A DNA stretch of 63,356 nucleotides, filler included, from Octopus bimaculoides (GCF_001194135.2; 5 parts of 5 records of this genome joined end to end with filler, not necessarily neighbours in it), one strand, 5' to 3'. Positions 25,083 through 37,895 are shown, counted from the first letter of the whole stretch. Numbers and translations: made by a program. The notes: generated from the letters alone by a model not told the origin.

Positions 25083-25420
25083 GTCTTACAGCTGTTTCCG
25101 GGATATTTTTTATATCCTTTCATTGGAGACGGTATGAGAAAATAGTTAAGGAATAGTTAATTTAGATAAGATATGAAATAGAGAGTGAAGTGGACGAATG
25201 AAAATAGAGATATGCAGGGATATTGCATTTGTAGATCCATTATTTAGGCAGAATGATATATATATATATATAAGATTCCAATACCTTGTGAGTAAATTCC
25301 AATAATATTTAAAATTGATCATTCCAAGTATAGAGTTTGTACACAGTGCTATTGAAACGAGGGTTTATTTAAAGTGACCTAAAAGTAGGGAATGTATTTG
25401 TAAGGTCAAATCAAAAACAA
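25083..25420 (-). mobile_element. Penelope-like element 3' remnant ending in a decayed hammerhead motif (25083-25130)
   Basis: Minus strand GUCU-CCAAUGA-..GGAUA/UAUCC..-GAAA-CAGCUG-U-A-AGAC. Upstream degenerate LNKPS..NSTC..K resembles the PLE GIY-YIG tail. Confidence 0.5.
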
Positions 25421-25663
25421 GAAGAGAGGAATAAAGAAAAAAAGAAGAAAAGAAGAAAAGAAAAGCAAGGAGAGAAATAATAAAAAGATAAAGAGAGGGA
25501 AAGTGTACTAGTTATTGGTCAGTCAAGATAAACTGATAGTAGGAATGGGGAGGTGATGGTGATAGAGAGAAAGATATGCGGGTATAAAAAAATGATAGGG
25601 TAAAGAGTACAGGAGTGTCAGAAGGAATGGGGATAATAGAGCGAGAGAGAGAGAGAGAGAGAT

Positions 25664-25699
<36 letters not shown>

Positions 25700-25774
25700 G
25701 GGTGTATAATAGTGTAAAAAGAAAAGGAGTGTACGAGATTTGTAGTAACATTCTTGGCTTTGTTGTAAAAAACA

Positions 25775-27060
25775 CCAAGACTGGTTTAACGATAATGAAG
25801 TTAATCTTATCTTAGAGGAGAAACGAAAGGCATTTAACATGTTGCAAAATGTTGACATGTCAACGAACAGGACAGTGGCTACGTATTTCAAGGCTGTAAA
25901 AGCAACAGTGCAGAGGAAGCTACGGATGATTCAGGAAAAAATTGGAGTGATAGATGCGATGAAATCCAAGAAGCTTCAAATGCTAACAATTGCACTTTGG
26001 GAGATCCTAAAAAAGCTAGGATGCCCTGAAAAATTTGTGAGAATGCTTAGACAATTTCATGACAAGATGGAAGTGAGAGTTAATGTTGGAAGTACCTTAT
26101 CAGATACAATTTCTGTAGAAAATGGTGTAAAGTTCCTACACTGTTTGCTATATATTTCGCAATAGTCTTTCAAATAGCTTTTAAAGATTGCCCCGAAGGG
26201 GTCTGTATAAGATATAGGACAACAGGAAAACTGTTCAATCTCAAAAGACTCTGTGCCAAAACGAAAGTTCTGCGTTCTCACCTTGTTGAGTTTCTGTATG
26301 CAAATGATTGTGACCTGTTGGCACATTCTCAGAAAGATATGCAGCACATGGTGAATGTGATGTCTGCAGCATGTGCAGCATTGGGTCTAACAATCAGTCT
26401 AAAAAAACTGTTATAATGTACCAGCCCGCTCCCTCCAAGATGTATGTGGAACCTTTTATAACTGTGAATGGTCAAAGGTTGGAGACTGTACCGAAATTTA
26501 TTTATTTGGGATGTACCATGAGCACTGCTGGTCTTGATGATGAAATTTCATACAGAATCAGCACGGCTAGTAGTGCTTTTGGTAGGCTTGATAGGCGTTT
26601 GTGGAAACAGCATAATATATCTTCACAAATTAAAGTTAAGGTATATAACACATCTGTCCTCCCATCTTTGCTATATGGAAGTGAGGCATGGGTTGTTTAC
26701 TGTAGGCAGGTAAGGCAATTGGGAAGATTTCATCAATACTGTCTGAGAAACATTTTGGGGATAAACTGGAAAATGGCCATTAGTAGCATGGAGGTGCTTG
26801 AGAGGAGTGGCGGTAGTAGTATAGAATCAATGATTTTGCAAAGACGTTTGAGGTGGTGGGGGACGTTTGGTAAGGATGAATGATGAGCGACTGCCCAAGC
26901 AGCTATTATATGGTGAGCTGGAAGATGGTAGGAGACCAGCGCATAAACCTAAACTAAGGTCTAGGGATTGCCTTTAAAATGCTCTAATACAGACAGGAAT
27001 TGCAGCTGGTAATTGGGAGAGGGAGAGACCAGACCGTGATGGATGGAGAACCCCACGCAT
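25775..27060 (+). mobile_element. RTE (BovB-like) LINE, internally deleted and decayed
   Basis: DWFNDNE.., LWEILKKLGCPEKFVRMLRQFHD.., LYANDCDL (YADD variant), KFIYLG and LLYGSEAW..LRNILGINW..RRLRW. Confidence 0.92.
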
Positions 27061-27089
27061 CCATTTCCAAGTGAGTATACATATATATA

Positions 27090-27135
<46 letters not shown>

Positions 27136-27579
27136 TGTGTATGTGTGTGTGTGTGTGTATGTGTGTGCATCAACTGTAATTAAAATTAAAGTTTAGATAG
27201 GAAATTAAAAAATTTAGCATGCAGTTTCATCGCTGGAATTCCTCGGTGCATGTTGAGTATATTCTAAATGATTGATACAGAAGACAGAGCGTACATCATA
27301 ATTATTGCTTCGGCATACTTCTGTACTGCTCCCTTGGGGTGGGAATGATATAATAAAAACTAATGCACCCCACAGTGCATAAGAAACCTCATCAGGTGAC
27401 ACAGTAGGCTTCGAAGTTATAAAATTTACATTTCGCTCATAGGTGTGGCTGGATGATGTTAGTAGTGGTCGGTTCTCAAATACATTGATGAAGGTTTGTA
27501 TTCAGAGCTCAACAGGCACACATACATACATGGATACATACATAATAATACATGCATACATAATGGCCGTCCACTCGTG

Positions 27580-30500
27580 ACCATTGCTGACCTTCAGGAA
27601 CATTGTGCATTCTAGGACTAACTTATATTTTGCATTTGCAGCTCCGTTGGTGGCTAGTGAGCCCTGCTCTTGACAAGCATACACGACTACAAACATTGCA
27701 AACCCAGCTTTCCCCATTCACCACATTAGCAGTGCACTTTTGAGCAGCACGCTTAAATTCTTCATGCAGAATACGTGCTCCCCCAAAGGTGTCAACCCCC
27801 TCCTTAACCTGCTTACTCCATCTGTGGCGATGACAGGCATTGCTCTCCCAGTCAGTCGCCTGCATATCACAGGCCTTTAAGGAGGATTTGACGCAGTCCT
27901 TAAATCGTAGCTTTGGTTTCTGCCAGAGTCATTTTCCACTAAGAAGTTCTCCATATAGCATCTGCTTAGAGACCCTACTATCTTTCATTCTAATAAAGTG
28001 TCCACTCCAACGTAACTGGTGCTTGTGCAGCATCGCCTCAATACTCAAGATATCAGCTGTTCTCAGGACCTGTGTGTCTGGAGATTTAAAGGACCAGCTA
28101 ACATTCAGAATGTGTCAGACATCTCTGATAAAAGCGTTCAAGGCCCCTTACATGACATCCGTAAAGGGTCCGTATCTCACATGAGTGAAGGAGCGATGTC
28201 AGTACATATGCACGGTACACAGCAATTTTTGTTTGCTTTGTATGTCATGCTGGGACCAGACACGAGACCGAAGAGACCGGAAGGAATCAGTTGTTTTCTG
28301 CAGCCTAAAAGATATTTCATCATCCAGGGAACAAGAACGGCTGAGTGTGCTGCTCAGGTAGACAAACTTGTCTACCACTTTCAGAATTGTTCCTTCAACC
28401 AAGATAGCTGGTTCCACATATGGAATTCCTGGTGCAAGCTGGAACATTACAACAGTCTTGTCCAGGCTAATGCTGAGTCCAAATGCTTTGCAAGAAGCAG
28501 AAATACGATTCATAAGTATTTGTATGTCATCCACAGTCATCTGCATAAAGGAGGTCACGAATAAGAGATTGAAAAACTTTTGAATTGGCAGCAAATCGGT
28601 GCAGATTAAAGAGGCGGCCAGAAGATCGATACCTGACATATATTCTCAGAGAGCTAACCTTAGCAAAAACATGAGTAAAAAAAGCAGCAATGTACAAAGC
28701 AAAGAAAGTTGGGGCAAGGCTGTCATCCTGCTTAACACCATTCTCTACCGGAATGGGCCCTGCCATGCCACCACCAACATTGACCCAAGTCTNNNNNNNN
28801 NNTTCTCTACCGGAATGGGCCCTGCCATGCCACCACCAACATTGACCCAAGTCTCCATCCCATCATGAAATGATTTAATTATAGATACAAAGTGATCCGG
28901 ACATCCAAGTTTGCCAAGTGTTTTCTATAGCAAGGCTCTATTCACAATATCAAAGGCCTTCGTTAAATCAATGAATAACCTGGACAAGATACATATTCTG
29001 CTCATAGTACTTCTGCATCTGTCTTCCTGTGAAAAATCATATCCATTGTCACATTGAGATTCAGATAGAACATCAATTAAGAGACATCCATTCAGGCGGG
29101 TAAGAAGAATATATGTCAGAACCTTGACTACTTTTCTTTTATAGAGAGGAAAGATAATTGCATCCTTCAAGTCCTTAGACATTGCACTATCCCTCCAGAT
29201 TACACTAATAAGTTCATGAGAGACTGTAGGATGTAATCACCACCAAATCGAAAGACCACAGCACAAATTCTATCCATTCTAGGTGCCCTACCAAGATTCA
29301 ATTTACTTATTGATGACATTACCTCATCTATTGAGGGCATGGAATTTAAGGAGCCAACAATAGGTCTTTGTTGCATAGTATCAATCACTGTTTCATCCAC
29401 AATTGACTCAGGGTTTAGAAGTTCAGAGAAGTGTTCAATCTAGCGACCTGTGATTTCTGTTGATTTAGTAAATAGAGTAGAAGACTCCTTGGAAAGCAAA
29501 GGAGCTGATGCGGAGCTCTTAGGCCCATAAACTTGGTTTATAAGATGGTAAAGCTTCTTGCTGTCATTTGCATAAGCAGCAGCCTGAACACCACGAGCAA
29601 GATCCTCTTCCTGAGAGATCACTGCGGTAGTGATTTTACCCTGATATAGTGGGTAAGTGCTAGATTTTGCTGCACAGCTGACAGTCCTCTGTGCAGCAAT
29701 ACATTGTGGGCATGGCGCTTTACAGCCAATAATCGCTGAACTTCAGCATCATTTTCATCAAACCAGTCTCTGTGTCTGACAGTAGCACATCCCAGTGTTT
29801 CGGCAACACATTGAAGAACCTGGTCTCGAAAATCTTCCCATACTGTAGTATTTTCAATGCTGGACAAGCAGCATGAGACTATAGCTATTCATTTTCCCTG
29901 TTCCAGCCCTGGCATTGAAATTCCCCAGTAGAATGACTTTATCAGAATTTTCCTAAGTATGACACTCAGCTGGGTATAAAAATAGTTTTATCTGCATCAC
30001 AACTTGTCAAAGTAGGTGCATAGGCACTTGTTAGAGTAGCAAACAGCCCACCTTTCAGGTGCAATCGTAGAATCATTAGACGTTCATTTATAGGAACACG
30101 AAGCTCCTCCAACTTCTTAAGGATATCAGATCGAACTGCAAAGCCAACACCAACCTCTCTGCGCTCCTCCTTCTGTCTCCCCTCCCAAAAAGGTGTATCC
30201 ACCTCCTACTTCCTCAAGCTGACCATCACCTTCTATACGAGTCTCTAAAATTGCAGCTATATCAATGTTATAGCAGTTCAGCACACGAGCAACAAGTGTA
30301 GTACGTCTTTCAGGCCTTCAATCACTCTTGTTGTCCAACAGAGTGCGCACATTCCAACATGAAATGTTCAAGTTCCATCCAGATTTTGTAAATAAAAGTC
30401 TCTTTGTTTTTCGAGTGCAGGGTGGACATCAGTTAGTCGCGCTAAACTGACCAGATATAGAAAGACAGGCAATTTTTGGTTCACCTTTTCTAGAACGTCC

Positions 30501-30600
30501 CCGGTCTCCGGGTGAGGAGTGCCCTCTCCAAATGGAGCTGCTCAGATACCCATGCAGCAACCGAATTCTACCGCTGTCTTGGGGGACAAGGAGACGATTT
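27580..30600 (-). mobile_element. RTE (BovB-like) LINE, near full length and decayed (APE endonuclease plus RT)
   Basis: LNISCWNVRTLLD..IDIAAILETR (APE), SAYAPTL, HRDWFDENDAEV, FIDLTKAFD, GVKQDDSLAPTFF, LLYADDC and KFVYLSS; many stops and frameshifts. Confidence 0.93.
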
Positions 30601-31039
30601 TATATCTAGCATGGACTGCCTATGTGAAGGTCATTGACTATATGCTCCCAACCCGTCAGGTTTGCATGTTTCACCACATTCCCATCGCCGTTGGACTTCC
30701 GAATAAAAATAAAATAAATATATGCTAAAAATAAATGAATATATAAATACATACTAAAAATAAAGATACATGTATACTGAAAATAAAATAAATATATATC
30801 GAAAAAAAACCCCAGCACATATCGAGCAGAGATTAGCAATGTCTGTGCAGAGTTTTAGATCCAATAAGGTTTGCACGACACCTCATAGACTCTCTCCACT
30901 TTATTGATATTATCCAGAGACAATCCAAAGCAAGATGTCTGGTGCCAATATGAGTCACAGGCTCAGGGATGTGGGAGCGCCGTGATCATTAGCACAAACC
31001 AAATATCCCCAAAATGTCCAGTTCCATTCCCTGCATATT

Positions 31040-31368
31040 TGGTTTTATATCAGTGTAACCTCCTAGAGACATTCTTCAAAAGAAGCTGAAGGATGCCTCA
31101 CCCAGTGGTCTTTCAGTACACCGGATACCATCCCGGAATTTCTGCGTACCCGTGCAGTTGCTAGATAGCCGTTCAGGCTGCACTAGGTTCATCCGACCTT
31201 TCAGCAGGTCTTGTTTTTAATCCTGCTGGGTTTCTAGCAACTCTCCTCACCAGGATAGCCTGGTGGGGGTGCTGGTTTAGCCACCGACTTCCCGACCATG
31301 TAACACGTTGTACTGGATTCCATGTTACCAATTGCACTTATGAGAGCCTCATAAGTGACCTGACATAC
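31040..31368 (-). mobile_element. Possible non-LTR element 5' region abutting a (TATG)n array
   Basis: GC-richer non-coding block starting exactly at the microsatellite; no domain recognised. Confidence 0.25.
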
Positions 31369-31699
31369 ATACATACATACATGTACACCCTTTAGGTAAA
31401 TAGTTTGAAACATCGAAGACTTTCGTGAGGTAGGCGAGGTAGATATTAACAAAGTAGATAGCGTATTGATATTTTATTTGTGGGCTTTAATTTGAATGGA
31501 TGCAATGAATTAGGTTAATTTGGAGAACGGATTAGGACGGTTGTCCGATTTACGACAAATACATCCCCTGATTCCTACGATGGTCCTGCAAACACCTTTT
31601 TCTATTTTAAAATTCTTGCTTAGTATTCCGTTTAATGTTTATAATTGAAAATCTTAATCATTTCATTTTTATCATCTGTATTTTTAATATTAGTGTGCT

Positions 31700-32065
31700 T
31701 AGGATTCCGCCGAGGTCAACTTTGCCATTCATCCTTTCGGGGCCGATGAAATAAGTACCAGTTGAGCACTAGGCTCGAGGTAATCAACTAATCCCCTCCC
31801 CCGAAATTGGTGGCCTTGTTTCAAAATTTGAAACCAATGTTAGTGTGCTTAGAAAGTCGGTCAGCTGGCAGAATCGGTAGCACACCGGGAAAAATGCTTA
31901 GCGGCCTTTCGTCCGGCTTTTCGTTTGGAGCTCAAATTCCGCCGAGGTCGACTTTGCCTTTCATCTGCCTGGATCGTTCAAATAAGCACCAGTTGAGCAC
32001 TGAGGTCGATGTAATCGACTTAGCCCCACCCGCAAAACCGCTGGCCTTGGGCCAAAATTAGTGTG
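31700..32065 (+). mobile_element. Two tandem SINE family B copies (partial 31700-31850 and near-full 31860-32065)
   Basis: Both carry CCGCCGAGGTCRACTTTGCC.TTCATC; the second has the head AGCTGGCAGAATCGGTAG and a B-box-like GAGCTCAAATTCC. Confidence 0.85.
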
Positions 32066-32439
32066 CCTATGTCTCTTCAAAGTATAATAGTAATATAATA
32101 GCTTCAGAGTGAAAAATTATGTTAAATGATAAATATAACATGACATGATCTTTATATTGTGCAGGGTTAAATATCACGAAATATTGAAGATTCTCGCGTG
32201 ACAAACAAGATAAATAGAAACAAAGTAACTGCGTAGTGACAATCTATGAGCGTTAAGTCTGAGTGGATGAAATGTATCCCGTCGATTTACTGCGTGTGTT
32301 AGCATAGTTGTCTGGATTATGACAGATGTGAGATTTGATAAGCGTAGGCGGTTCTATTTTCTTCACCTTAGATTCGTACATATAGTATCTATCTGTCTGT
32401 TCTACCTACCTACCTACCTACCTACCTACCTACGTACCA

Positions 32440-32492
<53 letters not shown>

Positions 32493-32515
32493 GCTATCTA
32501 TCTATCTATCTGTAT

Positions 32516-32553
<38 letters not shown>

Positions 32554-33079
32554 NNNNNNNNNNNNNNNNNNNNNNNNNNNNNNNNNNNNNNNNNNNNNNN
32601 NNNNNNNNNNNNNNNNNNNNNNNNNNNNNNNNNNNNNNNNNNNNNNNNNNNNNNNNNNNNNNNNNNNNNNNNNNNNNNNNNNNNNNNNNNNNNNNNNNNN
32701 NNNNNNNNNNNNNNNNNNNNNNNNNNNNNNNNNNNNNNNNNNNNNNNNNNNNNNNNNNNNNNNNNNNNNNNNNNNNNNNNNNNNNNNNNNNNNNNNNNNN
32801 NNNNNNNNNNNNNNNNNNCATATATATTTAGGGGCTCAAAAGTAGTAACGTCGTCCTGCGTACGACTGCCACGTTGCGGTGGCAAATAGACCTTTACTGT
32901 ATTAGCTATTTCTCGTTCAGAGATTTAAAACTAGTTGTTTTTTTTCTCTCTACGAGATCAACGACTGTATATCGCTTTAAACTTTAAAAGTATATACTGT
33001 GAGCAAGAGCAAGTGGCTGCCATATCTAACCGGCATTTGTTTTGTACTGACGAAGAGAAATTACCGAGAAACCTGCCTG

Positions 33080-33511
33080 GCAACAGGAGTCTGCCCCATG
33101 CCACACAAACAGGATGACCCAGCCATGGTTGTCAAACGATTTCTGCGACCACATCACCTCTTAACATCTGCCCACCTAACTCTCCCGACTGCATCCGTCT
33201 TGATTATTATGTGTGGGGCGCAGTTGAGCGAGAGAACAAAACAAAGCTTTGTAACACCAAAGATGAACTGAAGGCAAGGATTATGACAGTATTCACCAAC
33301 TTAAACAAGGAGACTGTTCAGAAGAGTTGCAGGAGACTTCTAAGTCGTCTGGAGGCAGTAGCTGAAGCCAATGGCGATTTTATTGAATAAATTTATTCTT
33401 TAGTATTTCAAGATATTTTTATGTAATTTTGATAAATATATGTTAAAATGAGATGTCAATATTATTTGCATTTTTGCGTAATTTAGACGACAATATATTC
33501 ACCGCACCCTG
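33080..33511 (+). mobile_element. Tc1/mariner maT (DD37D)-like transposase 3' part and right TIR
   Basis: QQ.SAPCHT..WLSNDFCDHIT.NI(W)PPNSPDC..LDYYVWGAVERE..NTKDELKARIM..RLEAVAEANGDFIE*, ending CACCCTG|TA. Confidence 0.8.
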
Positions 33512-34091
33512 TATATNNNNNNNNNNNNNNNNNNNNNNNNNNNNNNNNNNNNNNNNNNNNNNNNNNNNNNNNNNNNNNNNNNNNNNNNNNNNNNNNNNNN
33601 NNNNNNNNNNNNNNNNNNNNNNNNNNNNNNNNNNNNNNNNNNNNNNNNNNNNNNNNNNNNNNNNNNNNNNNNNNNNNNNNNNNNNNNNNNNNNNNNNNNN
33701 NNNNNNNNNNNNNNNNNNNNNNNNNNNNNNNNNNNNNNNNNNNNNNNNNNNNNNNNNNNNNNNNNNNNNNNNNNNNNNNNNNNNNNNNNNNNNNNNNNNN
33801 NNNNNNNNNNNNNNNNNNNNNNNNNNNNNNNNNNNNNNNNNNNNNNNNNNNNNNNNNNNNNNNNNNNNNNNNNNNNNNNNNNNNNNNNNNNNNNNNNNNN
33901 NNNNNNNNNNNNNNNNNNNNNNNNNNNNNNNNNNNNNNNNNNNNNNNNNNNNNNNNNNNNNNNNNNNNNNNNNNNNNNNNNNNNNNNNNNNNNNNNNNNN
34001 NNNNNNNNNNNNNNNNNNNNNNNNNNNNNNNNNNNNNNNNNNNNNNNNNNNNNNNNNNNNNNNNNNNNNNNNNNNNNNNNNNNNNNNNNNN

Positions 34092-34135
<44 letters not shown>

Positions 34136-34254
34136 CACATATATATACTTATATATACATACATATATATATATTTCAAAATGTAACCACATGTGGATCG
34201 TTGGCGATTTTTTTCGTTCGTCTTCCTTTTCTCTTGGACTTTCCTCTGTCTCCT

Positions 34255-34289
34255 GTCTCTGAAGAAGAGGTTTGCTCGAAACATAAAAC
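34255..34289 (+). ncRNA. Minimal type I hammerhead-like motif, probably decayed
   Basis: GUCU-CUGAAGA-A-GAG guuug CUC-GAAA-CAU-A-AAAC. Confidence 0.55.
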
Positions 34290-34771
34290 TACCTTTCATT
34301 TCCTTCCCTGAGCGTCTGCTAATACTTTGCATGCACCATGTGCTCACGTTGCTGTTTTTTCTTGTGTTTTTTTTATTAATCATATATATATATATAACCC
34401 ATTTAAATCCTAAATAATAACAATATTATAATATTTCTCTGCATTACTTCTAAAAAACATTATCGTAGTATAATATAAACGAACTTTTTATCTCCTTCTT
34501 TCTTTACACATCTCAATCTATTACACCCCTTATGATAAGTTACATTTGTCTTTATCTCATTTTCCTCTCATATACATTTATAAATATATTTTTCAAATGT
34601 ATTGTGATGTTTTAGCAGCATTTCATTGATCAATATTAGCTAAATTTCAATGATCAGTATCTAATCACATGAACTCTGCGTCCTAATAAGTTATTTTTTG
34701 CATTCGAAAATTTCGAAACACAGTCCCCAAATTAGTTATTTCGTAATTCAAGACCGGAAAATATATTTAGT

Positions 34772-34849
34772 TATCCCCGAAGATACATCTATAATCGTTT
34801 GAATGTTGATGATTCAAATATACTGTCGGATTGAAACATGTGTAGGATA
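34772..34849 (+). ncRNA. Type I hammerhead-like motif with a long stem II insertion
   Basis: UAUCC-CCGAAGA-[49 nt including the UUUGAAU/AUUCAAA hairpin]-GAAA-CAUGUG-U-A-GGAUA. Confidence 0.5.
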
Positions 34850-35372
34850 TTTTCGGTTATTTTTTTTTTTAGTTATTGTGTTGATCCGGTTTCTTTTATC
34901 CTTATTCTTATATGTAACACTTTTACCTTGCATTACTTTTCCATTGTGATACAAGTAAAATGAACTAAGTTTCTATTATATTTTTCTTCTCCATTTTCTT
35001 TTATTAACTTTATAATTTATTAGACTGTTGATACATATATATTGCGGAACTTTATCTCAATATATTTGATAACGCTAGTGGATATCTGGATTGTTATTAA
35101 CAATACCTTACGAGGAAATTACATCCTCAGTATTTGTATATATATAACAGTATTTCGTTTAGTAATCTTAATGTACTATTAAGTATATTATAGATTTATA
35201 AGCCAATACTGTGTCTAGTGATTTTAACAGTGTTATATATTCCTTTCTTAAAATTATCTGTATAGACTTTCTATAGAATTCAAGGCCTGCACTGTAAGTT
35301 ACGACCTTTTGTAAACAAATACGCTTATGTAAACAATACTATACAAATCGAATATAGAAAATGTAGGTAATG

Positions 35373-35420
35373 TGAGTATATGCATATTTCAAGGGTTATT
35401 GTCCTTTCGTCAGCACCTCA
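35373..35420 (-). ncRNA. Type I hammerhead-like motif with an intact core
   Basis: UGAG GUG-CUGACGA-AAGG acaauaac CCUU-GAAA-UAUGCA-U-A-UAC UCA. Confidence 0.6.
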
Positions 35421-35886
35421 TCAACTATCCATGAACAATAACTGCTTAAAGACCCAGTAAGTTTAGTGGTGTGACATTATTTGATAGATCAATTTGCATA
35501 TTAAGCACATTCTTGGCAACTGGTACATTTATTTAATTGCTAGCAGAGCAACAATAATTTGTTTTGTATCCACAATATATTACTAAGTATATTATAGTTT
35601 TATAAACCAATACTGTGTCTTACTGCGTATTAACAGTGCTATGCATAGTTGCATATCACTCCATTACTTATTGTTCTATCGTCGATCACATTGTTTATAT
35701 GGACGTATTGGTATACGAAGAGTGGTAGCTTTCAGTGCTGGCTCTGAATTCTATAAAAACATATATAGAGATAACAGTTTGCCATAACATGTAGGAAATG
35801 TTCCCTACACATCCAATACATGATAAAACTGAACTGGGTGGAACGAAGCACAGTGAAATAGAAAAAAATGGCCGGAAAGCTTAGCA

Positions 35887-36048
35887 TAGACTCAGGAGTG
35901 GTTGTGTGGTAAGAAGTTTGCTTCCCAACAACATGATCCCGGGTTCAGTCCCACTGCGTGGAACCTTAGACAAATGTCTTCTATTATAGTCTCGGGCCGA
36001 CCAAAACCTTGTGAGTGAATTTGGTAGACGGAAACTGAAAGAATCCCG

Positions 36049-36124
<76 letters not shown>

Positions 36125-36328
36125 GTTTGTGTCATGTGTGTGTATCTTACCACCGCTTGACAACCGGTGTAGGTGTGTTTACGTCTCTGTAACTTAGAGG
36201 TGACCGATAGAATAATTAGCAGGCTTTAAAAAAATAATAGTACTAGGGTCGATTTATTCGACTAAAATTCTTCAAGGCGGTGCCCAGCATGGCCCAGTCT
36301 AATGTCGAAACAGGTAAATGATAAAAGA
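35887..36328 (+). mobile_element. Full-length tRNA-derived SINE family A with an internal (AT)n expansion
   Basis: A-box TGGTTGTGTGG, B-box GGTTCAGTCCC, CORE-like ACCTTAGACAAATGTCTTC, central (AT)n and a 3' tail ending CCAGCATGGCC..GTAAA. Confidence 0.9.
36050..36119. repeat. (AT)n microsatellite, representative of dozens of (AT)n, (CA)n, (TATG)n, (TATC)n, (ATT)n and (GAT)n arrays across the window
   Basis: Read directly from the sequence; many N-gaps are bounded by such arrays. Confidence 0.95.
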
Positions 36329-37857
36329 TTATTAAACATGAGGTTAAAGGATTATTGATTGCCACACGGGATTAAGACCTTTCTGTCACAAACCACAAAA
36401 TCACGTAATGAACCAGAATACATTAAGCAGCTGCAGAAATATAAAGTGATTGGAGAAAAAGAGAAAAAAATAAAGAAAGCAATTAACGATATTATTTCTG
36501 TCCAACCACTCTTAGACAGGAAAGAATATACCCAGTTATGACAGAAGTGAGGGTATAGAGACAGTGGAATTAACGTCAGTAAAATGAAATATCAGTAGAA
36601 ACATCAATAGAAAATGAAATATCAATAGAAAGACTAAAAAAGGACTCAGAGAATGATAATGCCTTTAGGATGAACCAATACACATAGGCAGGGAGATAAA
36701 AGCTAATCACCGGATATTATTGCTATGTCACCAGCAAACGAAGAACTCCTCAAACGTCTAATCAGTCTCCGAAGACGACAATGTATCTCTAAAAGAAAGA
36801 GTAATTATTCAAATATAGACATCTAGAAATAGAGATGGGCTATTTGTACACGGAAATGATAATAATAAAAAGAAAAACATGCAGACAAACATAATCAAAG
36901 AATCAGATGTTAGAAACAATATTACAAGAGACTGCCAGCATATTACTGTAGCCAGTACAACAGAAAATACATCGTCAAAATAGAACACAGCACAAAATAA
37001 CGGCACTAATACAGTGAAAGTGACCAATAGAATATAAGACAACTGAGAAAGTAATGATGATGATGATGATGATGATGACGATGATGATGATATGGTGATG
37101 GTGGTGGTTGTGGTTGTGGAGGAGGTTTTGCTACTGCTGCTGATAATGATGATGATGATGATGATGAAAACGATGTTGTTAGCATGACTGAGCATGAATG
37201 TTTCCGGATTTCTCCAAGACTAAATTAAAATAACACTCTCTTGTGAGAGCCAAATTCTCCGTTTTGTTTCCTAGCTTGTTTTGGCTGCTTCATTTCAAAT
37301 TGCTGTAATACCACTTCAGTTTAATAAATTGCGTTATTTTATGTCGTCATCTGGAGATGATTAGAGCTATTATCTCGATTACTCCTGAGCTCAACATGGT
37401 AGCATTTTCAGCAATGGAGGGGAAAGAGTTTACATAAGTATAGCAATGGTAGTAGTTGCCGTAGTGATGTGTGGTGCCTGTGCTTGCGAAGCAAACATCA
37501 ACACAAAACAATTACTAATAACAATATATATTTATGTTTATATGCATGTCTTCATGTTTGTATTTTATATGTATATGTGGATAAATGCAATTATGTAAGT
37601 ACACGTGCATGTGTGTGTAGGGGAGTGTGTGTATAACTGCCTGCGTCAGCTGTTCTCTCACTCTCATCGTCTTTCTCCTTCGTTGTCCGTATGTGTGTGC
37701 GATTATATACGTACGCAAGTATGTATATATATATATATATATATAATGCATATGCATATGTATATATATATATCTATATATATATCGATACACACGCACA
37801 AATACACGCATACATTCAAATGCATACGCACACACACACGTGTATGTATGTGTGTGT

Positions 37858-37895
<38 letters not shown>

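Noticed and set aside
28741-28854. Perfect 52-bp direct repeat flanking a 10-N gap inside the RTE
   Set aside because: Typical unmerged contig overlap.
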